A DNA stretch of 64,000 nt from Octopus sinensis (Eukaryota), in the NCBI RefSeq assembly GCF_006345805.1, contig NC_043016.1, forward strand, positions 21,080,001-21,144,000, in the 5' to 3' direction. Positions 37,155-48,100 of this stretch are shown here, piece after piece. Within the stretch, counting starts at the first letter, position 1; every line of letters begins with the position of its first letter. A program made the translations under genes and the position numbers. The notes under the pieces are model-generated. The model saw only the letters and a program-made list of their open reading frames with translations. It was not told where the DNA came from and did no database searches.

Positions 37155-40100
37155 GTGTGTGTGTTTTTGTGAGTGAGTCTGTATTTTCTTTGCATTCACT
37201 GGTTTGTAAACACTGACTTCCTGATATTGTTATTGCTTCCAACCCACCACAAAGGCATGTCCAAACTGCTTGTTGTTTAACAGATTGGGAGATTATTACC
37301 TTACTCGGACAAAGTTAGCTACAAGAGATACTGTTTCTTAGTTTCTATTAGCTTCAAAAATGTTCAAGTTTAATACATATGTAACAGTACATCTGAACAG
37401 TAAACAAAACCCTGCCTGGTTAGCAATCTTCATTTCGCTATGTACTTTAATTACTTGCTCATCTTTACAGCTCTTTATATTCTTTAAATTTGGTGACATT
37501 CCTTATCCCACTTCTAGTACTAGTGCTATATTAAACACTTCATTCAAGTATTTCAACCACAGAACAGTTTCCTTTTATTCAACCAGTGGTCTGCAGCAAT
37601 TCTAACTGAACATTAAATCCAGTTCTTATGCCTGTAGTCCAGCAAGAAATGCCTGAAAATGTTTGAAGCCAGCCAGCTTTCCTAGATTGACAAACAAAAA
37701 TATTTATTCATACGCTTACACATCCACACACACCAAAATGCTAACCAAATATTTTTAAAGCAAAATTTTATCAAAATTTCATATTTAAAAAAATATAATG
37801 CTCACATCAATAATATTTCCTTCTGGTACGTGAGAAAAAAGGAGTTTTTGGCTTGCAATGCTTCCTGATGAATAAATGTAGTGTTTCATGCCCATTTCTT
37901 TCAGCTGTTGCAAAACAGGTACAACATCACTGAAAAGCCTAAACAAACATTTCAAATAATCAGAGAGTTATGATAATATTAAAAAAAATACAAAGAAACA
38001 AATATTTGCATTTGAAACAAAGCTTCAAATCTTGCCATACTCTGCTATGTCCTAAGGTATGGTCTTTTCCACACCAACTTCAAAGGGATCATGCTAATTT
38101 TGTATCTTTTAGTCATGTCAAGAAAAACTCATTGCACTCTGCCCACAATACACAAACAGAGTCCTCATAATCACTGAAAATGCTAGCACTCACTATCACC
38201 AAGGATCACTTGTTATAAACACGTGCTTCCGTGCTGGTGGCACATAAAAAGCACCAACCAATCGTGGCCGTTGCCAGCCTCCCCTGGCACCTGTGCCAGT
38301 GGCACGTAAAAAGCACCCACTACACTCATGGAGTGGTTGGCGTTAAGAAGGGCATCCAGCTGTAGAAACACTGCCAGATCAGACTGGAGCCTGGTGCAGC
38401 CTCCTGGCTTCCCAGACCCCGGTCGAATTGTCTCCAACCCATGCTAGCATGGAAAACGGACGTTGAACAATGATGATACATCCTGAGTATTGCTAGGTCT
38501 GCAGCCCAATCATCTTTTGAGGACCAGAAAATAATTTAGCCTATGAATAATCTTTAAAACTCAGGTGAGATTCACAATGAAGTATTGCTCAGTATTTGTG
38601 AGCATAAAACCTGCTGCCTCTGAACTCTCTGTGAGAAACTTAGTCATAATCTTCCTCTCATCATCCTTGTTATGTCTCCCACCCACTGGCCTTCTCAATC
38701 TTAACCACTGAAGTACAATTGTTTTGAAGTTTGAGAGGTTGGAAAATAATTGTTTAGCTTTGATGGAATTAATGCAAGATTTATAGTTCAGAGAGAATAT
38801 GTTCTTAGCAGAATGTGCAAACTATGTAACTAGGTCTGGAACTATAGATCTGTTCTTGAAGACTGAAAGAATAAAGTCTTGAGCATCCCACAGAAAGGAA
38901 ATTATATCACATGCTACAGCAATCAAGGAATAACACTTCCATAAAAGATTTACTGACAACCAACAAACTTCAACTGAAGCAAAGTATGAATCAGTATAAA
39001 TTTCTGGCCAAAGAACTATAATATGCACTCCTTCCAGAGTTGTCACAGCAACCTAACACATACATAGCCATTGAAAGTGTTGTGTTAGGATGAATGTAGG
39101 TACAGTAGCCAGTTCAAATTGTTCACAAGACTTAATAAGAATTTGCTAACAGCAATCATACCCACTTACTAGGAATAAGATATACAATACAATTAATATC
39201 TATACTGACAGCTGCATGTGTGTATACAGTTTTTGAGGTGAGACGGAGTATAAAAGCAAGGTAGACTAAGTAAATCCCATCCAAATGTGCTGTATCAAAT
39301 GTTCTACAATGATTAGAATGGCTGCTAAATACCATTTACCAACTTTATTAAAACTCATCTCACTCTAATGTTTGATGCCTGTACCCAACAGAAAGTGTGT
39401 GTCTCCAGCACTGGTCACCACCACACTATCACCATCATCATTTAATATCTGTTTTCCATGCTGGCATGGACTGGATATTTGACAGGAGCCAGCTAGCCAC
39501 AGGGCTGCAATGAGTTCCAGTGTAAGCTTTGATACAATTTCTATAGCTGGGTGCTCTTAATGCAAACCAATTCACAGTGTGTACTGGGTGTATTTTTTGT
39601 GCCACCAACAATAGTGAGGTTGGCAGAAAAAAAAAAGAGTAAAAAGTCCTCCCGAGGGAGAGGAGTATTTGAGAGAGAGAGAGAGAGTATTTGTGAAAGA
39701 ACATCAATGCCCTTGTCACTAAGACTAAGTGAAAAGACAGTGGAATGGAAGTGTTCTTATATATTGTTGAAGAAATTAGAATTGAGATAGGGATGTATCT
39801 TATAATGAAACAGAAGGACAAAAAATACAAGTTTCAACATTGTCAGTTAAAGCAATTAAGGTTGTTAAGGCAGAGAAAACTGCAAGTGCACCAGAAATAG
39901 TTACTGAGACATTGTAAATATCAGGTTATTTAAACACTATACAAGCTTCTACTCAGAAATTGATTGGTGTAGCAATAATCCTACAAACAGCTAAAGTGAA
40001 AGGCAACCACTGACATCAAACTGATAGACCATCTCTTTATATAAAAAGTGGAAGTCACTGCAGTTAAAAGTGATGATAATAGCAGTGGTGATGATAATGA

Positions 40101-40521
40101 GGATGACAAAATTAAATAAATTGAGGAAAATAAAGAAATTGCTATCACGAAAAGTATTTAGTTTTGAAATTATAACAAAATGTCAAGTTGTAAATATCTT
40201 TATAGAGAAGAGAACCTATAGTATCATAAATTTTAGTCCTTGCGATCATTTCTAGGGGAAAATTAAGGATGAGAGAAGAAACGATATCATGAATAATACA
40301 ACAAATAACAATTAATTTACATACTCTCCTTTAATTTCTCCAAGCTTATATGCATCCTTCCATATATGACCCTGTAACTGTTTCAGGGCTGTAGTTTTAC
40401 GATTCTGCGACATCTGCCACTTCACATTCGCAACAACATCTTGGATTATGACATCTTTGTCAGCATCTGTGTTTGAAATCCTTGTAGCACCAATAACTTT
40501 TGATTCTTCATCCTGCTTTGC
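28361..40521 (-). CDS. ENOPH1: Enolase-phosphatase E1 (HAD family, methionine salvage); last four exons only
   Basis: Exons 40325-40521, 37806-37938, 29917-30040 and 28361-28542 join in frame: ..[89 protein letters not shown]. The 133- and 124-nt exon sizes match the vertebrate ENOPH1 structure as recalled. Confidence 0.95.
29917..30040 (-). CDS. ENOPH1: ENOPH1 penultimate exon (GC donor)
   Basis: ataaag acceptor; [41 protein letters not shown]; donor AAAG|GCAAGT; 124 nt. Confidence 0.92.
31745..32115 (+). mobile_element. RTE fragment (post-endonuclease region)
   Basis: [34 protein letters not shown]; homologous to the adjacent minus-strand copy. Confidence 0.7.
32116..32905 (-). mobile_element. 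RTE fragment (APE endonuclease C-terminal half)
   Basis: [64 protein letters not shown]. Confidence 0.9.
32905..33340. repeat. Compound (TA)n/(CA)n microsatellite
   Basis: Degenerate TA/CA array. Confidence 0.95.
33341..34562 (-). mobile_element. Full-length mariner transposon (1222 bp) with two in-frame stops
   Basis: TA TSDs; TIRs share the identical 36-bp ggttgtcccaaaagttcgtaaacacttgcgaaaatt. A 343-codon transposase frame runs 34450-33419 with TGA at codons 9 and 18. Motifs [21 protein letters not shown] and [10 protein letters not shown]. Confidence 0.97.
34563..35431. repeat. (TA)/(CA) microsatellite field including a ~100-bp compound minisatellite (4 units)
   Basis: The ttctcagtttt core recurs at 35021, 35121, 35219 and 35349. 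Confidence 0.9.
35524..35577 (-). ncRNA. Type I minimal hammerhead ribozyme motif, probably in a Penelope-like pLTR or retrozyme remnant (~35432-35600)
   Basis: Minus strand reads AACAAAAACUGU-CUGAUGA-ACGGCAACGA-GAAA-CUCAGAG-UA^ACAGAUUUUGUU. Full catalytic core, stem I 11/12 bp, GCAA-capped stem II, palindromic stem III and GUA cleavage triplet. Confidence 0.75.
36544..36783 (+). mobile_element. RTE 3'-tail repeat with (TGA)n tail
   Basis: ggaagggcatccagctgt...catgctagcatggaaagcggacgttaaacgatgatg. Confidence 0.8.
36917..37100 (-). mobile_element. RTE 3'-tail repeat
   Basis: Reverse-complement copy with a (tca)n tail. Confidence 0.8.
37806..37938 (-). CDS. ENOPH1: ENOPH1 exon ([44 protein letters not shown])
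   Basis: tttag acceptor, gtgagc donor; 133 nt. Confidence 0.94.
38225..38478 (+). mobile_element. RTE 3'-tail repeat
   Basis: Same family; two ggcac(a/g)taaaaagcacc subrepeats. Confidence 0.8.
39428..39612 (-). mobile_element. RTE 3'-tail repeat (older)
   Basis: catcatcatttaatatctgttttccatgctggcatgg. Confidence 0.65.
40325..40521 (-). CDS. ENOPH1: ENOPH1 exon ([33 protein letters not shown])
   Basis: ttccag acceptor, gtatgt donor; 197 nt. Confidence 0.94.
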
Positions 40522-41525
40522 CTGGAACAGAAACAGTCAATTAAAACCAGCCATATTCTGATCAACACAACTTTGATATTTCTATCCATAAAAGAAAATG
40601 AAGTGAACTAAAAGTTTATGTTTGAATCAAATAGGTTAACTTCAAGTCAAAATCGCTAAATTTTATTTAAAATAATGCTAAAAAAAAAAAACAGAAATGC
40701 ATACGTAATAAGACAGTTGCCCTAAATTTGTTTTTATATCATCAAAGCAGTAATGATAAGGAAAAACTAATTTTATTTAGAAAATAAGGACTAATTCTTT
40801 ACTATCCAGATAACTCTGTCAAATGTAATGCATATTTATTCACACTTCTTTGAATTAATCAGGACTTATAGCTTTGAGAATTCTGATGATGTGATAGTTT
40901 ATTTTTAGAATGACATTGTAGGGTGGGAGTGAGAGTCTGGGTCTGGCCAGTTTAAACATAAAATAGGTAGAATATTTGGTCAGATATGGCCTTCTTAAAT
41001 TTAAAATGCTAAAAGTTTAAACATTCTTAATTTCAAGTGTTTTTTTATATTCCAATAATTCAGAACAAAAAACAGCTACCAAGATATGAAACATTTATAC
41101 AAGTTTCTTTTAATTATTGAAGGTAAAAGTAAATTACTGAAGCCATCCATGTTATTTTCTTCACATTAAATGTGAAAAATAAACTCAGCCTTCCACTAAA
41201 TTGACAGTTTGAAAGAAATAAAGACAAAGACTGTTGGACCATCTGATATTATCAAAACACTAAGTTTTTGCAATTTAGTGTCTTATTAAAAAATAGAAAA
41301 TAGAGAAAAATCTGCATCTAAATATTTGTAACTTTTCATTATTCTCCTCTTTGAAATTCAAGAGGACCCACCTTGAATTTCAAAAGTACAACTTCAATTC
41401 TACTTTAGAGCTAGTTTCTATTTTCATTAGACTCTTTAAGCTTTGTCTATGGAAGCCAATTCCAATCTATGGAGATACGCAACCAGATATTGTTGTAAAA
41501 AGTGAAACCTCTGTACCCATACCTA

Positions 41526-41755
41526 TTTCTTTATTACCCACAAGGGGCTGAACATAGAGGGGACAAACATGGACAGACATAGGTATTAAGTCGATTATAT
41601 CGACCCCAGTGCTTAACTGGTACTTAATTTATCGACCCCGAAAGGATGAAAGGTAAATTCGACCTCGGCGGAATTTGAACTCACAACGTAACGGCAGACG
41701 AAATACCGCTAAGCATTTCGCCCGACGTGCTAACGATTCTGCTAGCTCGCCGCCT
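41526..41755 (-). mobile_element. Near-intact tRNA-derived SINE with Meta-like central domain
   Basis: The reverse complement has A box TAGCAGAATCG, B box GAGTTCAAATTCC and core gccgaggtcga..ttcatcctttcggggtcgataaattaagtaccag. The domain assignment is from recall. Confidence 0.75.
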
Positions 41756-41973
41756 TGTACCCATACCACCTACCAACTTATTGTCTTTATTTCAATCACC
41801 TTAGTTGCTTTAAAGGTGTGCAATGCAAACTGAATTTCTTTTTAATGTCCTACAATATGCTTTCCATAGAATCACATCTATCAGTTGATATGGCACTCTT
41901 CAGGATTTGCAAATATTAAAGTGTTGACTTCACTGAAATTCATAAAGTTAGAAACCATTTATGGAACAGAGGA

Positions 41974-42073
41974 NNNNNNNNNNNNNNNNNNNNNNNNNNN
42001 NNNNNNNNNNNNNNNNNNNNNNNNNNNNNNNNNNNNNNNNNNNNNNNNNNNNNNNNNNNNNNNNNNNNNNNNN
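41974..42073. other. Assembly gap (100 N, true size unknown)
   Basis: Run of exactly 100 N. Confidence 0.99.
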
Positions 42074-43532
42074 GTGTATATATGTATATATACATGTGTA
42101 TATATGTATATATACATGTGTATATATGTATATATACATGTGTATATATGTATATATACATGTGTATATATGAATATATACTTGTGTATATATGTATATA
42201 TATACATGTGTATATATGAATATATACTTGTGTATATATGTATATATACGTGTGTATGTATGTGTATATGTATCATCGTTTAACGTCCACTTTCCATGCT
42301 AGCATGTGTTGGACGGTTCGGGGTCTGGGAAGCCAGTATGTCTATATATATGTGTGTGTGTATGTATATGTGTATGTATTTGTGTGTGTATGTATATCTA
42401 TATGCATTTATATATATTTATTTGCATATGTGTGTGTGTATATATGTATGTGTATATATGTATGTGTATATATGTGTGTATATATCTGTATGTATATATA
42501 TGTTTGTATATATATGTGTATATATGTGTGTGTGTATCTCTTATATAAAATCCAGTCTGTCTGTGTGTGTGTGTACGCGGATCTCGGGCATCTTCCATCT
42601 GATAGCACTCAAATTGATATATAGATACTGACAGTATGAGGGCTTGTATAAGTCTTGAAAAAATTACAAAGGTCGCTTCCAGGTGAGAATACGATCAATA
42701 AAGCCATTTTTTCCTGCTTTTCTTCCGTCAGCCTGTACATAACTGCACCTTCCATTTTTTTTTATTTTTGTACTGCTTAAAGGCACATTTCTTTCCTGCC
42801 AAGCTTACTGTTTAAACCATGTTTGTGTTCTCCCAGTCAACAGCCTTATCATTACTGGTACTTTAAACTCTTCGGTTGCATATTTGAGTGAATAAAATCG
42901 TTTTTCTTTGGAATAGAAAAAAGTTTATCTTTATTTCTTCTTTTGCTGGTGTCTCAAATTTAGGTTAAATCAATGTTTCTCAGAAGGGAAGCCTATGGGA
43001 CAGTCGGACAAGTTGTTTGGAGAAAATTTGGTTTAAATGTTTGGCAACTCAGCACCGTCAGGGAGAGGGGTGGGGGCGTTTTGCTCATATATATTTGTGT
43101 GTGTATATATGTATATGTGTGTGTATATGTATGTGTATATGTATGTATGTATAAGTGTGTGTATATGTATGTGTATATGTATGTATGTATATATGTGTGT
43201 GTATATGTATGTATGTGTGAGTATATGTATGTGTATATGTATGTATGTGTGTGTATATGTATGTATATGTGTATATGTATGTGTATATGTGTGTGTATGT
43301 ATATGTGTATATGTATGTGTATATGTGTGTGTATGTATGTGTGTATATACATGTATGTATATATGTGTATATGCATGTATATGCATATATGTGTGTATAT
43401 GCATATATGTGTGTGTATATGCATATGTGTGTGTGTATATATATATGCGTGTGTGTTTATATGCGTGTGTCTGTATATATATGTCTGTGTGTAATATATA
43501 TATATATATATATATAGTGTGTATGTATTGGC

Positions 43533-43565
<33 letters not shown>

Positions 43566-43640
43566 ATGTATAAATATATATGTGTGTATTTTTGTATATA
43601 TATATATATGTATGTATGTATGTATACATGTACATATGTA
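42074..43640. repeat. Degenerate (TG)/(TA) microsatellite fields (42074-42560, 43090-43640)
   Basis: Visible dinucleotide arrays. Confidence 0.9.
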
Positions 43641-44157
43641 TATGTTTGTAGATATTTACAGAAATTTATGTGTATCTGATTGTGTGTGTCTTTGTACTTT
43701 CACCATCACTTGACAACTGATATTGCTGTGTTTACGTCTCTGCAACTTCGCCATTTGGTAACACACACAGATAGAATAAGTGCTAGGCTTACAAAGAAAC
43801 AATCCCAGGGTCCATTTCTTCAGCTGCCATTGGTACTCCAGCATGGCTGAAGTTACATGATTGAAAGAAGCAAAATAATAAAAGACTGTGCCATTTTAAT
43901 CCTAAGGAATGCTGGATATATCTGATAGTTACTTTAATATTCTTCACTATAACTTTGTCAACTGTCACGACTTGAACAGTCATTCATTCTTTAATTCCTT
44001 GTTGCTTTTAGCATTTACTATATTGTGTTTTCTTTTAACTCTACTACAAAAGGGGAAATATTTAAAGCATCTTTATAAATTTCTTAAATAAAATTTATAT
44101 GTATTTTAAAATTATTTTGGTAATGTTAGTAACTCTTATAATCATTTTCGAATATAG

Positions 44158-45166
44158 CTTCTCAGAAGAGTTTTGGGAAAAATACTTCTTCACCTGAATC
44201 AGAATATATAAAGAAAGAAAAGGCAAAAAAAACAACTACTGAGAGTAAGAATCTGTTTGTATATATTTTCTTTTATTTTGAGATTTTGTTGGGTTTTTTT
44301 TTCTGTAATACTTTACTCTGTGGTACATAAGTGTTTTGTATTGTAATAATTTTATGTAAGTTAAAAACTTTTTCCACTTTAAAAGCAGCAACTGTGATTA
44401 AAGTTTTACCAATTAATCAGTTGTATCTGATTTAATGCTATTGCTAGATGAAAATTAAATTCTATGAAGATTTGCAATTACTGATATAATATAATATAAT
44501 GAAATTATTGTATACAGTGCTCAGGTGCACCACAACTTGTCAGAAAGTGTGTATAAAGTATATGCAGTAATGTACAAATGTCTGGAAAGCAAACAATGTA
44601 TGAGTCAGATACATGCTCTCATGTGTATGGAGGGGAGAAAATCAGGTGTAGTGTTGGCGAATCTCAGAAAGCATGGAAGTTTTGAAGTATGCAGTGCTCT
44701 GACAACTAACAACTGATGCCAGCAGTTTGTTCCATGTTTCAGCAACTCTTAGCATGAAAAAAATGTTTCCTAAAGTCATATATTGAAGTTGGATCCAATA
44801 AAAGTTCATATTTGATATCTGAATATCTTTTTACATTGATGTTTATATCTTGGATAAAAGCATATCTGTTAGCAATTGAGTTGACTATCTTTGTATTTTT
44901 TTTAAACAATCAATGTAGAAAATTTCTGTAACCTTTTTCAAATTTAAATATTTTTAGAGGTGGATAGTCAGCCAATTACCAAGAAAACAAATGAAACTGT
45001 ATTAGAAAAGGTAATTATAATTTATGTATTAAAGTTTAGAAAAATTGAAACTTATGTACAAGATGGATGTCTATTAAAATGTTCACTGCTGTTTTGTAGA
45101 AAGCCACAAGTGGTGAATATGTGTCGGTTCATCCAAAGGAAGTTGAAGAAAAACTTATAAGAAAAG
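44158..45166 (+). CDS. RRBP1/kinectin-like exons 44158-44244, 44958-45010, 45100-45166
   Basis: ASQKSFGKNTSSPESEYIKKEKAKKTTTE-KVDSQPITKKTNETVLEK-KATSGEYVSVHPKEVEEKLIRK; phases consistent with each other and with the exon at 51138. Confidence 0.7.
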
Positions 45167-48100
45167 GTTTGTTTTTTGTTTTGTTTTTTTTTTTTGCTTG
45201 TTTGTTTGTTTTTTGCAAGTGTTTATTTTTATAAAATTTAAGCTAAGCACATACAACTTTAACTTTATTTTGTATGTGTCACCTAGAAACAAAGTTCATA
45301 TTTCATAAAGTATATTGGACTCTGTTAGTGAATAATGAATTTGTCTTTTTGTTGTTGGGAGTATTCTAAATACTATTTTAATCTTTGACTCAAACATGTT
45401 ATGCATTATCTGAATTTCATTTTTTTCACTGTTTCAAGGAAATGACTGCATTATAAGAACTGTTCCCTGAAAATCAAATACTATTTCTATCATCATCATC
45501 ATCATCATTTAATGTCTGCTTTCCATGCTGGCATGTATTGGCCGGTTTGACTGAGGACAGGCAAGCCAGGCGGCTGCACCAGGCTCCAGTCTGATTTAGC
45601 AAGATTGGGTGCCCTTCCTAACACCAACCACTGCCATCGACCATGCTTGAATAGTGCTTTATACATGGTGCCAGTCAGGTGACACTGGCATCAGCCATGA
45701 CTATTTCACTTGACTCAACAAGTCTTCTCAAGTACAACATATTGCCTGATGATAGAAGGGTACTTTTAAACAGGCTAGTTATGTGACACTGGCATCAGCT
45801 ACGATCTCACTCGGCTTGCCGGGGTTTTCAAGCACAGCTTATCTCCAAAGGTCTTGGTTCCCTTGTCATTGCCTCTGTGTGAGGCCCAACGTTCAAAGGT
45901 CATGCTCCCATGTCTTCCTGGGTCTACCTCTTCCACAGGTTCCCTCCACTATTAGGGTGTGACACTTTTTCACACAGCTGTCCTCACCCATATGCAACAC
46001 ATGATCATACCAGCACAGTCTTCTCTCTTACTTACCACATCTGATGCTTCTTATGTCCGACTTTTCTCTCAGGACGCTTTTGGCGTATGCACACTGACAT
46101 TACACATCCAGCAGCGCATACTAGATTCATTTATTTCAAACTTGTGCATGTCCTCAGCAGTTAAACTTGCTTTGATATTGCTGCACCGCTTATGTGTCCA
46201 TAGCTTACACTAGGTACATCTTATCGTTACTGTGTAGCATGGCGGTTTGCACACATGCATCATACAGTCTGCCTTTCACTCTCAGCAAGAGACCCTTTGT
46301 TACCAGCAGAGGTAGGAGCTCTCTGAACTTTGCCCTTATTCTAGCAGCTATGCTCTCAGAGCAACCACTCCTGCTGCTGACTTGGTCATCTAGGTATAGG
46401 AAGCTATCAACTACTTCTAGTTTTTCCCCCTGGCGTGTGATGGAATCTGTTTTCTGTACATTTGCAGTGTTTATTGCCCTTCTGCATCTGCCGCACACAA
46501 AAACTATCTTCCCAGTTAAACTTGCTTTGATATTGCTGCACCGCTTATGTGTCCATAGCTTACACTAGGTACATCTTATGGAGTTTCTACCTACAGATCA
46601 AGCAGGGCCATCTGCCAGAAGGGATTTGTGATTTGACTGCCTTCCTTACTAAGACTTTGGTTTTTGCTAAATTGACTCTTCAATTCTAGATCTTGCTTCA
46701 ACACATGAAACTTCTTCTCTAATTCTGGTAGGGATTCTGCTGAGAGCAATATGATCAGCATAGAGGAGTTCCTAGGGGCAACCTGTTTTGAATTCCTCTG
46801 TTATTGCCCAGAGCATTATGATGAGTAAGAGGTTGTCTGAGGACTGATCCTTGGTGAACCTCTACTTCTACCCAGAATTCTTCTCTATACTCATTGTTAA
46901 CTCTCATCTTACTGACAGCATTCCTGTACGTGGCTTGTACAGCTCTCACCAACCACTCATCTATCCCTAGTTTCCACATTGACCACTAGATAAGGAATCT
47001 GGGAACCCTGTCAAAGGTTTTCTCCATGTCAAGAAAATCCAAGTACATAGGTTTATCTTGGGCTATGAATTTCTCCTGCAGCTGAATTACCAGGAATATA
47101 GCATCAGTGGTGCTTCTCCATGGCACAAACCCAAACTGCATCACGTCTAAACTACCTGTCTCCCTAATTAGTTGGGCTATGACACTCTCTGTGACTTTCA
47201 TCACTTGATCCAACAATTTGATACCTCTGTAATTATTCCTATCTAATGCCTCACCTTTACCTTTGTAGCAATTGATTATGGTGCTGCTGCACCAGTCATT
47301 GAGTATGACTCCTTCATGTATTACCTGCTTGTCTATATAAGTGACTAGACTATAGCCTCCACCACCAGATATTTTAAGCATCTCTGTAGTGATTCCTGAT
47401 GGGCCAGGAGCTTTCCCTGTCTTCATACCCTTAATTGTTTTATCTACCAAGGTACTGTCAATTCAAATAGCTGGTTCCTCTGTTGGGTCAACATTAGGCA
47501 GACTCTTCCATTCTTTCTCTTCATTTAGCAATCTTTCATAGTGGCAGCTCCAAGTCTCTCTGCAGCCTCATTAAATGCCTTTTGAATGTTATGGGAAGTA
47601 ACTCAATTAAGGAAAGATGCAAGAGATACAGGTATAGATAAGACAGGTGGAAGAGGATGACCATGAATATTGGAGATTTACAAAAGGAAAATTAAGAGCA
47701 TCATCACAACAGTATTTCTGATTTCAATGCATATTTAATTTTATTTCTTTCTCTCTCTCTCCCCCTCGCTTTCACTTTCCATTTACTGTTTTAGAATTAT
47801 ATACTGGTTTGTGAAATGGTTATTTCATCATAAGAAATGCATAATTTCCAGTATATTTCTAGATCTGTGTATGTAAATATTTGCGAAAGCTAACTAGGAA
47901 TCTGTGTAAGTAAAGATATAGTTATATCAAGCACATTCATAAACATTCAAAGGTTATTGTTGCAATTATGAAATTTCAAAATTTCAATGCATACACATTT
48001 TATGTGTGTGTATGTATGTGTGTGTGTGTGTATGAATGTGTGTGTGTGTGTATTAAGGATATGAAGACAGGGAAAGCCTCTGGCCCATCAGGTATCATCA

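Noticed and set aside
41900-41973. Possible ENOPH1 or RRBP1-like 5' exon at the gap edge
   Set aside because: No frame gives DIEGT, FPY or a transmembrane segment.
42630-42720. Second hammerhead-like pattern (atga-gggctt-gtat-aagtct-tgaaa)
   Set aside because: The core reads AGTATGA instead of CUGANGA and stems I and III cannot be formed. At most it is a decayed remnant.
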